Shown piece after piece: positions 9,185-17,821 of a DNA stretch of 46,479 nucleotides. The position numbers and the translations under genes were made by a program. A model generated the notes under the pieces. It did not search any database. It saw only the letters and a program-made list of their open reading frames with translations, and was not told where the DNA came from. This DNA is from a virus (Duplodnaviria; Caudoviricetes): the IMG/VR virus record IMGVR_UViG_3300048576_000518, positions 1 to 46,479 of that record; one strand, given 5' to 3'. Position 1 is the first letter of the stretch. Each line of letters begins with the position of its first letter.

Positions 9185-9628
9185 ATGAAATATAATGTTG
9201 TGAATGAAGTGAAAATGACTTATTCGAGAAAGGGTAATTCGGAGAAAATAATAACATGTTCCGAAGACTCTGAGAGCGTTTTTCGTGAGCATTTTGACAA
9301 AGATGAAATTGATTATAGAGAGGCTTTTTTTGTGATGTTGCTGAATAATTCGAATAGAGTTCTTGGCATCTGTGAAATTTCTAAATGTGGTATTAGCAGC
9401 ACTGTTGTAGATGCGAGAATGATATTTCAAGCCGCTTTATTGGCAAATACTACACAGATAATATTATGCCACAATCACCCATCCGGAAATACATCTCCAT
9501 CGTCTCCTGATATTTCGATCACTGAAAAAATATCAAAGGGTGGAAAATTACTTGAAATAAGGGTTTTAGATCACATCATCATTACGTCTGATTCCTATTA
9601 TTCTTTTGCTGATAATGGCAAAATTTAA
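9185..9628 (+). CDS. radC: RadC-like JAB-domain protein
   Basis: YREAFFVMLLN, CHNHPSGNTSPSSPD, VLDHIII motifs. Confidence 0.9.
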   Translation: MKYNVVNEVKMTYSRKGNSEKIITCSEDSESVFREHFDKDEIDYREAFFVMLLNNSNRVLGICEISKCGISSTVVDARMIFQAALLANTTQIILCHNHPSGNTSPSSPDISITEKISKGGKLLEIRVLDHIIITSDSYYSFADNGKI

Positions 9629-9643
9629 TATTATAAATGAGTT

Positions 9644-9874
9644 ATGAGCGAACTAAAACCCAACCGTCACCGTAACCCGAAACTATCCAATCGGGTAAAG
9701 AAAGATGAACCGACAACCGAGGATGCTTTGGCCTTTGCCAAGTTAGCGGATAAAGGAAAGAAACCCTTATATCTTAATGATAAAAGGAAGACGATTGTCA
9801 TCACAGACAAGAAGAACCATAACGAGCAATTCAAACGCGATTACATCGATCGAATGATGAACACGAAACCATAG
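9644..9874 (+). CDS. Hypothetical protein
   Basis: 76-aa basic ORF in operon. Confidence 0.6.
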   Translation: MSELKPNRHRNPKLSNRVKKDEPTTEDALAFAKLADKGKKPLYLNDKRKTIVITDKKNHNEQFKRDYIDRMMNTKP

Positions 9875-9881
9875 CCAAGCA

Positions 9882-10298
9882 ATGAACCTATCCATCACTC
9901 CACCCGAAGATATTCTTACCGAATTACGAGCTATTGATTCCTTCCTCAATATTACATGCAGCGAAGAGATCGAGGAGGTTGTCAACCGGGGCAATGAACT
10001 TGCAGTCTGGATAGCCCGCAGCGGGAAGCTTCTTGCGGATTCAAAGTATCACCTCGACAAGAAAATGAAATCGGAAGTAATAGAAACACTCCGGGAACAG
10101 GCTCGTAGTCAAAAGGTGTCTTCAACGGCAATCAATAAAATTATAGGAAGCCTCTGTGCGGAAGAGCAATATCTCGTCAACTGGAGTGAAAGGATCAATA
10201 GGTCATGTGTGCATAGTATGGATTGGTGTAGGACATTAATTTCTAAGGCAAAAGAAGAAATGAAGTTTTCAGGAATGTATAACAATTCAAAGTTTTAA
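9882..10298 (+). CDS. Hypothetical phage protein
   Basis: 138-aa helical ORF, tightly packed. Confidence 0.75.
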   Translation: MNLSITPPEDILTELRAIDSFLNITCSEEIEEVVNRGNELAVWIARSGKLLADSKYHLDKKMKSEVIETLREQARSQKVSSTAINKIIGSLCAEEQYLVNWSERINRSCVHSMDWCRTLISKAKEEMKFSGMYNNSKF

Positions 10299-10302
10299 AA
10301 TT

Positions 10303-10947
10303 ATGATTGAAGAAAAAGAAGTGCCTGTGTATAAAATTATCAAGGCAAAAATCAAAAACGACCAGCTGTCGGCTGATTATGAAGAAATCTTCAGGGACGG
10401 CAACTACACGAACAAGGTAAGCAAATCATCCGACCAGTATATCCACGGAGACCTGGCCCGGTCATTTGACTTTCTCAAACCCCACCTGGTTGCTATCTGC
10501 GAATTACCGGAAGCAAGCAAGGTTGATATTAAAGACCCAAGTGACTACGACTTGGACGGCAGGTTGAAAGCCTACACCGTGACAGGTTACAGCAAGGGCG
10601 GCACCGATGAATCCGCCGGTGTCACGATTACCGGCCAAAAGATTCTTGCCTCTGGCCAAATCCTGAACATCACAACCCCTTTCACCCAGTTTGAGGATGA
10701 GATGGGCGATGAATATACCTATGGGGGCGAATTGAAGCTTGCTATCGACCGTTGCGACTACGAGGTAGATGCCTACCTTTTTGAACAAAAATTTGGTCTG
10801 AAACAAACTACAATTGATTTTGATATTCCTTCCGAATCAGGAATCAACGGCACGGATGAAGCACCGAAAAAGTCAGGGAGAGGGCGTAAGAAGAAAATAA
10901 CGATGGAAATAACCGCCCATCATGCGGATGAGCCGGAAGAGTTCTAA
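10303..10947 (+). CDS. Hypothetical phage protein
   Basis: 214-aa acidic ORF, tightly packed. Confidence 0.75.
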   Translation: MIEEKEVPVYKIIKAKIKNDQLSADYEEIFRDGNYTNKVSKSSDQYIHGDLARSFDFLKPHLVAICELPEASKVDIKDPSDYDLDGRLKAYTVTGYSKGGTDESAGVTITGQKILASGQILNITTPFTQFEDEMGDEYTYGGELKLAIDRCDYEVDAYLFEQKFGLKQTTIDFDIPSESGINGTDEAPKKSGRGRKKKITMEITAHHADEPEEF

Positions 10948-10958
10948 ACATTTTAGTC

Positions 10959-12659
10959 ATGCAAATCACGCTTCACACTTCACAAAAAGGCTCTTTCTAT
11001 GCAATCAAGTTCGACCGTTACAGGAAGAATGTCATAGAGAAGCTCAAGGAATCAGTCGTTGTTCCCGGGCGTCAATACGATGCCCGGACAATGAGCTGGA
11101 TGATACCCGCCACACCTTTTGCCAAAGCTCAGATAGACAAACTCACCTATTATGTCCGGCATTTCGAGCCGATCATGTGGGGTGATGGGCACCCTGAAAT
11201 AGAGCAGAAATCATTTGACATTCCCGCACTTCCATCACTTGATATTGAACACGGCCTGAAGATCGAACCGTATGAATATCAGAAAAAGGGAATAGCCCGT
11301 GGATTGGAACTAAAACGCTTCATAAACGGGGATGACATGGGCCTGGGCAAGACATTTCAATCCATCGCCACGGTCAACATTGCCGATGCTTTCCCTTGCC
11401 TGATCGTTTGCCCGAACGTGGTTAAGGTTAACTGGCAACGGGAATGGGCGAGGTTCACAGACAAAAAAGCAATGGTATTGACCGATTCCGTCCGCTCCAG
11501 CTGGCCGTTTTTCTGGCAAACAGGAATGAACCAAGTATTTATCGTGAACTATGAAAGCCTCAAGAAATACTTCGTCCGGAAGATCAACAAAACGGAGCGT
11601 TGGACTTTGAAAGACGTGGTTTTCAACGATAATATCAATCTTTTCAAGTCGATAATCATAGATGAAGCGCACAAGGTCAAATCGAGCGCTACGGCCCAAT
11701 CCAAGTTCTGCAAAGGAATAGCCGAAGGGAAGGAATACATTATCATGCTTACCGGTACTCCTGTGGTCAATAAGCCGAAGGACTTGATCGCACAGGCAAG
11801 CATCATGAACCGTCTCATGGATCTTGGAGGATATAAATATTTCACCCAACGCTATTGCTCCGGACCGAACGAAGCCTCAAACCTGAAAGAGCTCAACTCC
11901 ATGCTTTGGCAGAAATGCTTTTTTCGCCGTGAAAAGAAAGAGGTGCTTTCCGAACTTCCCGAAATGACCCGTCAAATCCTTACCGTGGAGATTACTAACC
12001 GAAAGGAGTATGAGGATGCTGAACGTGATCTGATTGGCTACCTGAAACAATACAAGGAAGCCGATGACGCAAAGATTGCAACGGCATTGCGTGGGGAAGT
12101 GATGGTGCGAATTGGCATATTGAGGGACATATCCGCACGTGGCAAGATGCGGGAAGCTGTCGAATTCGTGAAAGATTTCTTAGAAAACGATAAGAAGATT
12201 GTCATTTTCTGCAACCTGCACGACATTGTCGATCGCTTGCTTGCGGTATTTCCCGGTGCCGTTTGCATCACTGGCCGTCAGAACATGGCGGAGAAACAGC
12301 AGTCAATAGACAAGTTCGTAAACAACCCGAAAACAAAGGTTGTGATTTGCTCTATAAAAGCGGCCTCGGCAGGGGTTGACGGTTTGCAAAAGGCGTGTTC
12401 CGATGTGCTTTTCGTAGAAGAACCTTGGACGGCAGCCGACCGCGACCAGGCAGAAAGCCGTGTTCACAGGAACGGGCTGAAAGACGGTGCGACGATGTAC
12501 CACATGCTCGGTGGCCGCACCATCGATCAAAAAATGTGGCAAATTATTGAGGAAAAAGCCAAAATCTCACAGGCAGTCATGGGTGGAGAGGACAATGTGC
12601 AGACAAGCATTGTGGATATGATGGCGAGGATGTTTGATGGAGAAGAAGAGGAGGAGTAA
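10959..12659 (+). CDS. SNF2-family (DEAH) helicase
   Basis: DDMGLGKT, IIDEAH, LTGTP and QAESRVHRNG motifs. Confidence 0.93.
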   Translation: MQITLHTSQKGSFYAIKFDRYRKNVIEKLKESVVVPGRQYDARTMSWMIPATPFAKAQIDKLTYYVRHFEPIMWGDGHPEIEQKSFDIPALPSLDIEHGLKIEPYEYQKKGIARGLELKRFINGDDMGLGKTFQSIATVNIADAFPCLIVCPNVVKVNWQREWARFTDKKAMVLTDSVRSSWPFFWQTGMNQVFIVNYESLKKYFVRKINKTERWTLKDVVFNDNINLFKSIIIDEAHKVKSSATAQSKFCKGIAEGKEYIIMLTGTPVVNKPKDLIAQASIMNRLMDLGGYKYFTQRYCSGPNEASNLKELNSMLWQKCFFRREKKEVLSELPEMTRQILTVEITNRKEYEDAERDLIGYLKQYKEADDAKIATALRGEVMVRIGILRDISARGKMREAVEFVKDFLENDKKIVIFCNLHDIVDRLLAVFPGAVCITGRQNMAEKQQSIDKFVNNPKTKVVICSIKAASAGVDGLQKACSDVLFVEEPWTAADRDQAESRVHRNGLKDGATMYHMLGGRTIDQKMWQIIEEKAKISQAVMGGEDNVQTSIVDMMARMFDGEEEEE

Positions 12660-12763
12660 TGCGCACCCCAATCACATATTATGGCGGAAAGCAGAAATTA
12701 AGCGTTGCGCTGAATCTAATGAATGGGTGGATATTTTTCTTTCTTCTTTACAATAAACCCTAA
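12659..12763 (+). pseudogene. Truncated N-terminus of a Dam/D12-class adenine methyltransferase
   Basis: ATG overlaps the helicase TAA; translates MRTPITYYGGKQKL..., the typical Dam-family motif X start, then stops after 34 aa. Confidence 0.65.
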
Positions 12764-12892
12764 TGGTTACGCTATGCGCTGGCGGGGTTTAGAAGCGCAA
12801 AAGTATCAAAATATATAAAACTAAAATAGAATGACAGACTTACAAAATAGCACAACACCACCGCTTGCGTGTAGCGAGTGTTATGCACAGCC
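12755..12892 (+). repeat. attC-like imperfect inverted repeat upstream of and overlapping the MTase start
   Basis: CCCTAAT-GGTTA-CGCTATGCGCTGGCGG ... CCGCTTGCGTGTAGCG-AGT-GTTATGC. Confidence 0.55.
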
Positions 12893-13892
12893 TTTTGATT
12901 GTGTTTTTCATTCCGATTTTTTAAAGAATGAACTACCAGATAAATGCGCAAACTTAATAATTGCAGACCCTCCATATTTTGAAGTAAAAGGAGCGTTTGA
13001 CTTTGTTTGGAATAGCTTTGATGACTATTTGAAAGACGTTGAAAAATGGGCTATTGAGTGTAAACGAATACTTGCGGATAATGGTACTTTATTCTGGTAT
13101 GGGCACGCTCGAAATATTGCATACGCTCAAATAATTTTTGACAAATATTTTAACCTCATAAACAACCTTGTTTGGAATAAAGGGTCATTTATGGGATTAG
13201 AAAAAAGCGAAGGATTAAGAAGTTTTGCACCATGCACCGAAAGAATTTTAATGTATGGAAGCAAAGCCCAAGATTTGACAGGATTAAAAGCAGTTGAATT
13301 GGAATATGTCGCACCTCGAAATCCTTTTGCTATTGAATTGAGAAAAGCAAGAATAAAAAAAGGTGTAAGCATTAGCCAAGTAGCCGAATATGGTAAATTT
13401 TACGGAAATATAAATCATGGGGGAGCGGTTACAAATTGGGAGCGTGGTTATAATATACCAAGTACTGAACAATGGGAAATACTTTGCAAAAACCTACCAA
13501 TAGAAAGAACCGAATACGAAGCATTAAGAACCGAATACGAAGCATTAAGAACCGAATACGAAGCATTAAGAACCGAATACGAAGCATTAAGGCGACCTTT
13601 TGAAAATGTGTTTAAGCTGCAAGAAATTATAAACTACAGTAACGAAGCAACTAAAACAGGGTCTAAATTTGACCATGATACAGTAAAACCTGAAAAACTA
13701 ACAAGAGCCTTAATTTTAACCTGTAGCCGAAAAAATGACATTATAGTAGTTCCATTTGCGGGAAGCGGCACAGAGTGTGCAATGGCGATAAAAGAGGGCA
13801 GAAAAGCAATCGGGTACGATATTGAAAAAAAATATGTAGATATGTCGAACAAGCGAATTAAAGCTTTCAAAGATGCACCGAGCCTGTTTTAG
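12831..13892 (+). CDS. Beta-class N6/N4 DNA methyltransferase with inserted XRE-HTH and heptad repeats
   Basis: ADPPY catalytic motif first, H.TVKP and PFAGSGT SAM motif last; internal LRKARIKKGVSISQVA...VTNWERG HTH. Confidence 0.92.
   Translation: MTDLQNSTTPPLACSECYAQPFDCVFHSDFLKNELPDKCANLIIADPPYFEVKGAFDFVWNSFDDYLKDVEKWAIECKRILADNGTLFWYGHARNIAYAQIIFDKYFNLINNLVWNKGSFMGLEKSEGLRSFAPCTERILMYGSKAQDLTGLKAVELEYVAPRNPFAIELRKARIKKGVSISQVAEYGKFYGNINHGGAVTNWERGYNIPSTEQWEILCKNLPIERTEYEALRTEYEALRTEYEALRTEYEALRRPFENVFKLQEIINYSNEATKTGSKFDHDTVKPEKLTRALILTCSRKNDIIVVPFAGSGTECAMAIKEGRKAIGYDIEKKYVDMSNKRIKAFKDAPSLF
13506..13589 (+). repeat. Perfect in-frame tandem repeat, 4 x 21 bp (RTEYEAL)
   Basis: AGAACCGAATACGAAGCATTA x4. 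Confidence 0.97.
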
Positions 13893-13905
13893 GGTTGTGC
13901 ATAAC
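13893..13905. repeat. Inverse-core-like site closing the MTase cassette
   Basis: GGTTGTGCATAAC, directly after the TAG, is a 12/13 reverse complement of GTTATGCACAGCC (12880-12892). Confidence 0.7.
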
Positions 13906-13946
13906 ATCTATATATATGCAACTTTTGTTATAGACAACAATATTTT

Positions 13947-14414
13947 ATGACACCCCAAACCTGCCTATCATGCCAAAAAGAAACAGTATCCGTTATCAAG
14001 ACCGATGACGGATACATGTGCTACAACTGCTATTCGGAAATAAAAGCACCATCACGGAAGAAGCACGACAATCCGGAGGCAAGGATGCAGACGGAGTTCT
14101 TCAACCAAGTACCGATCTTCTTCCCGAAGCTTCCATCTAAGCTCCTTTTTAGTTGTCCGAACGGAGGATCGCGGAATATTATCGAAGCAAAGAATTTAAA
14201 AGCTCAAGGAGTAAAATCGGGCGTGGCGGATGTTCTACTTCTTATTCCGAAAAAGGGCTATGCAAATCTTTGCCTCGAATTCAAAACCTCCAAAGGCCGG
14301 CAATCTGACGAGCAAAAAGAATTCCAGCGCCAAATAGAGGGTGCTGGCGGTAAATATGTGATCGTTCGGTCAGTCAAACAGGCAATAGATGTAGTGAAAT
14401 GGTATCTGGGGTAG
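13947..14414 (+). CDS. VRR-NUC domain nuclease with N-terminal Cys knuckle
   Basis: PNGGSRN, GVKSGVADV, LEFKTSKGRQSDEQ; CxxC...CxxC N-terminus. Confidence 0.9.
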   Translation: MTPQTCLSCQKETVSVIKTDDGYMCYNCYSEIKAPSRKKHDNPEARMQTEFFNQVPIFFPKLPSKLLFSCPNGGSRNIIEAKNLKAQGVKSGVADVLLLIPKKGYANLCLEFKTSKGRQSDEQKEFQRQIEGAGGKYVIVRSVKQAIDVVKWYLG

Positions 14415-14418
14415 AAAT

Positions 14419-14450
14419 AAGCCCCGCTATCTTCACAGACTGCGGGGCTT
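14419..14450. terminator. Hairpin between convergent operons (CU-GUGA-AG loop on the - strand)
   Basis: AAGCCCCGC...GCGGGGCTT. Confidence 0.75.
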
Positions 14451-14483
14451 CTACATAATTAACCTCTAAAAACTACCATGAAA

Positions 14484-14903
14484 TCATATTTTGAAAAACA
14501 GCTTCCCAAAGAAAGCGATTATCTTACTTTTGTATTTTAGCCCTATGTAAATAGACAGTAATGCCGATATTAACCCGGTGAACCAGCAGCATGCCTCCTG
14601 CCACCACTTCAATCTATTCACCTCGATGTTGTTAACTACCGGGTATGGCACACGTATCGTATCCTGCCTATTGATCGTATCCCTGATATACTTGTTGATA
14701 TATACCCGAGTGTATTTGTTCCAAAAAACAGTGTCTCCCCTTGAATATAAGTATACCGAATCAAGAATATGGATCGAGTCTCTTACCAATTTGTCCCGGT
14801 ACTCGGTTTTGACGCTTTCAACGGGAACATACACCGTCTTGGGGCTTTTGCACCCAGCGAGCGACAATATCGCCAAAATGATAAATAAAATAAATTTTTT
14901 CAT
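14484..14903 (-). CDS. Putative unimolecular spanin (lipoprotein with C-terminal TM)
   Basis: Lipobox LAGC, beta-rich middle, C-terminal hydrophobic helix; end of the lysis region. Confidence 0.65.
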   Translation of the reverse strand: MKKFILFIILAILSLAGCKSPKTVYVPVESVKTEYRDKLVRDSIHILDSVYLYSRGDTVFWNKYTRVYINKYIRDTINRQDTIRVPYPVVNNIEVNRLKWWQEACCWFTGLISALLSIYIGLKYKSKIIAFFGKLFFKI

Positions 14904-14916
14904 AATAAATTTCTAA

Positions 14917-15210
14917 TTAATGTATGCGCTCAAACGTTTTTCCGTTTTCGGTCATAATAAAATATGAATATTGTTTGTCGGAGGTGTTTTCTTTGACAAA
15001 CATGGTCAATTTATTTTCCCCAATGATTATCGCTTTTATCGTAGCAATATCATGTTCAGGGTAATTTTCTTTCATTAATTGGTCAAACTCTTTTGTTGAA
15101 CCTTTTCTTAATTGGGAATAATAGTTGCCTAATGCGTAATTCTCAATTACTTGTTCAAAAGGGGCATTTTCATTTTCCCTCATTTCCTCAATAATTCGTA
15201 ATGCAAACAT
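14917..15210 (-). CDS. Hypothetical phage protein
   Basis: 97 aa, ends YFIMTENGKTFERI; AT-rich leader. Confidence 0.7.
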   Translation of the reverse strand: MFALRIIEEMRENENAPFEQVIENYALGNYYSQLRKGSTKEFDQLMKENYPEHDIATIKAIIIGENKLTMFVKENTSDKQYSYFIMTENGKTFERIH

Positions 15211-15283
15211 TGTATTTATGTATTTATATATATGGCTACTCTTTTAAAGGTTTTCGCCGTTCCCTTTTATAATTAATTTCATT

Positions 15284-15583
15284 TCAATCTATATTTTTAA
15301 GTTCAACCGTTTTCCCTGCGAGAGAATGAGTACAATCATTTAAATATTGAATCATTCCGTTATTGATGAAAGAGTGACAGGTGCGATTATGTTCACCTCC
15401 CCGAACTAAGATAGATGGTGATATGGTAGGCTTATCTACATCGCCATTAAAGCCCCACGGTTCAACCCCATCTCTTTTATCTGTCCAAACGGAATGATAT
15501 TCTTGGCATCCTTCACACCAAAAAAGATATTGGCCAAACGTGTTTTCTAATCTCTTGAATTTCATTTCAATTTTTTTATTCAT
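15284..15583 (-). CDS. DUF6527-like Cys/His metal-binding protein
   Basis: CEGC..H, WGFNGDVDKPTISPSILV, CHSFI, DCTHSLAG. Confidence 0.7.
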   Translation of the reverse strand: MNKKIEMKFKRLENTFGQYLFWCEGCQEYHSVWTDKRDGVEPWGFNGDVDKPTISPSILVRGGEHNRTCHSFINNGMIQYLNDCTHSLAGKTVELKNID

Positions 15584-15603
15584 TAATAGCTCTTTTCATC
15601 CTT

Positions 15604-15789
15604 CTACAGTATTAACGGGTGATACAAGTCAACCACTTCAAAGTCCCCTAACTTTAAATATTGCGCCTCGACGAGGCTTACTATCCAATATCCGGGATTC
15701 ATTTCAATAGGATTGAAGAACCAATTTTGTTGAAATTCTTTACCAGTCAATTCCTGTGCCTTTTCGGCTGTTATTTTAGCTACTAACAT
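15604..15789 (-). CDS. Hypothetical protein
   Basis: 61-aa ORF in operon. Confidence 0.6.
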   Translation of the reverse strand: MLVAKITAEKAQELTGKEFQQNWFFNPIEMNPGYWIVSLVEAQYLKLGDFEVVDLYHPLIL

Positions 15790-15800
15790 AATATTTGATT

Positions 15801-16625
15801 TTAAGCGATAGCGGCAAGGCCTATATCGACTCTACGTTTGTTAAATTGAGTTTTCAATGCTTGAGATTCACCATAAGTGATTGAGCCTCCATTAAAATAA
15901 GCGGCAATACCGGCTGTACCATAAATACCACTTCCAGCATTATATCTTGATAATATCAATTGATTGCCATTAGGTAAATTATTAGATGTTAGGGTAAATG
16001 TATTAGTTTTATTATTATCAATTAGATATAACCCAGTAGAATTATATCTAATTATCATTTTTATTCCTACACCAATAAGTGAAGCAGTAACTCCATTGCT
16101 ACCACCACCAGAGTTAATTTTTTGTGAGTTACTAAGAGTTCCACCAAATAATGTATTTTCAACACTTGCAGTATTACCATCTAAAACACACTGCAATACT
16201 GTTGTATTTGTAGATTCCTGATAAACTAGCACCCCACGACAGGCATCATTAAGCTGGTATTTTTGTCCATCAACAAGCAATGCTGGATTAAACCCAGTAT
16301 TTATATAAGCATTAATACCATTTCCAAAATAGGCATTATTTGTGAAAGCTGATCCACCAAGAGTAGCAGCATAATACTTACTTGGATTAACCAAGTTTAT
16401 CATTCTAAATGCTGCTGATCCAGCTCCATCAAGCAAATACAACAGATCAAGCTTATCAAGCATTGCTTTGCTGTCCCTCAGGAAAGCATTAATAGCATTC
16501 AATTCCGATCTAGGAGGCAAGGCAATGCCATTTGTTTTTGCATAAGCAATAACCGCATTCATCCTTGGGCAATAACCGGCATCTGGACTTGAAATACCTC
16601 CTATCTTTGTAGCTCTTAATCTCAT
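15801..16625 (-). CDS. Hypothetical, probable virion accessory protein (beta-sandwich-like)
   Basis: Asn/Gly/Thr-rich, 274 aa, 4-bp overlap with the upstream gene. Confidence 0.55.
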   Translation of the reverse strand: MRLRATKIGGISSPDAGYCPRMNAVIAYAKTNGIALPPRSELNAINAFLRDSKAMLDKLDLLYLLDGAGSAAFRMINLVNPSKYYAATLGGSAFTNNAYFGNGINAYINTGFNPALLVDGQKYQLNDACRGVLVYQESTNTTVLQCVLDGNTASVENTLFGGTLSNSQKINSGGGSNGVTASLIGVGIKMIIRYNSTGLYLIDNNKTNTFTLTSNNLPNGNQLILSRYNAGSGIYGTAGIAAYFNGGSITYGESQALKTQFNKRRVDIGLAAIA

Positions 16626-17296
16626 GCGGCTGGCGTTGTTAGTTCGGAAACATAGACAAAACCAGCGGATGCCGAGATGAAGGCTATGTGTGGGGTTGAA
16701 TTGTCGTTCAGCAATAGATCGAGACGTTCACCTCCCGCTATGAAATGCCCTGTCGTAAGAGTAGGGGTCTGCGCCGATGTTCCAATCAGATAAAAACTAT
16801 CAACCGTTGCATAGATTGATATTCTGCGAATATTAGCTGTCAGGGTCACATCGTTCACCGTATTTGCCACTAACGCCAACTGCCTGGCAGTCGTCGGCCT
16901 TCCCAAGTTTTCAACTAATGAGCGCCCCCCGATTAATGCAGACATCTTTGACATCAATGTGGATAATATACCCCTGAGCAATTGTCCCCACGTCAAATCT
17001 CCCGTTGCAGCCGTTGCCGGGGCTTCGGTTTTGGCCGTGTCTATTATTGTTACTTCGGAAGAAGATTCTCCACCCCCAAATATGGATTCGGTTAGGGATT
17101 GGTAATTGTCGTTTGTAAGATCAGTTTCATTTATGCTTATCTGTGAAAGAACCTCCCTGAACCGTTCAATCCCATTTTGTGTTACCAGCACATAATTTCC
17201 AGATCTGAATAATTGAAATTCACCAAGTTCTCCTTTTAGTATTTCAGATCCATTAGTGATGCTTACGGACTTGTCCGTCGAAATTATTGTTATCAT
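16622..17296 (-). CDS. Hypothetical, possible virion or fibre accessory protein
   Basis: Thr/Ser/Ala-rich, 224 aa, directly after the endolysin. Confidence 0.55.
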   Translation of the reverse strand: MITIISTDKSVSITNGSEILKGELGEFQLFRSGNYVLVTQNGIERFREVLSQISINETDLTNDNYQSLTESIFGGGESSSEVTIIDTAKTEAPATAATGDLTWGQLLRGILSTLMSKMSALIGGRSLVENLGRPTTARQLALVANTVNDVTLTANIRRISIYATVDSFYLIGTSAQTPTLTTGHFIAGGERLDLLLNDNSTPHIAFISASAGFVYVSELTTPAA

Positions 17297-17302
17297 AAGG
17301 TT

Positions 17303-17821
17303 TTATTTTAAAACGTTTAAAGCGTTGTTATACCATTTCTGTCTATCTGCAAGCCCATTTGTTCCACCATTGATAATCTTGGTTATTTCGATGAATTTTC
17401 CAGCATCGGAAAGCCGGCTAAGCCCTTTTTCCCACCACCAACGGCAAGCAGTCCAAGCGGCATATTCGGGTTGTTCGACAAGTTCAGGTTTTGATACAAA
17501 ATCAATTCCCAATGCTTTTGACATAGCTTCATAATTATGCCTCCCCGTGATTTGGATCAATCCCCGTCCCTTGAATCTCACACCGTCTCCTTGCTGGGTA
17601 TTACCTAAGTCTTTACGACCTTCATACGCCTGACCGCTTGCAATTTCTTTAGTGTATTTAAACGAACCACTTTCATGCAGTATTTGGGCAATAAAAGCAG
17701 CTTCACGCATTTTCCCGTTGATGCTGTACATTTTCATGTATTTGTCAAGAATAGGCGCATACAATAGGATATTAGAATCCGTTGCAGATGTGGCTATTTG
17801 TTTAAGTTCATTTGTTGTCAT
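17303..17821 (-). CDS. Glycoside hydrolase family 19 endolysin
   Basis: AFIAQILHESG, YEGRKDLGN, FKGRGLIQITGRHNY, ITKIINGGTNGLADR. Confidence 0.93.
   Translation of the reverse strand: MTTNELKQIATSATDSNILLYAPILDKYMKMYSINGKMREAAFIAQILHESGSFKYTKEIASGQAYEGRKDLGNTQQGDGVRFKGRGLIQITGRHNYEAMSKALGIDFVSKPELVEQPEYAAWTACRWWWEKGLSRLSDAGKFIEITKIINGGTNGLADRQKWYNNALNVLK

Noticed and set aside
13506-13589. 21-bp repeats as a CRISPR array
   Set aside because: Repeats are directly adjacent with no spacers, in frame within a CDS, and no cas genes are present
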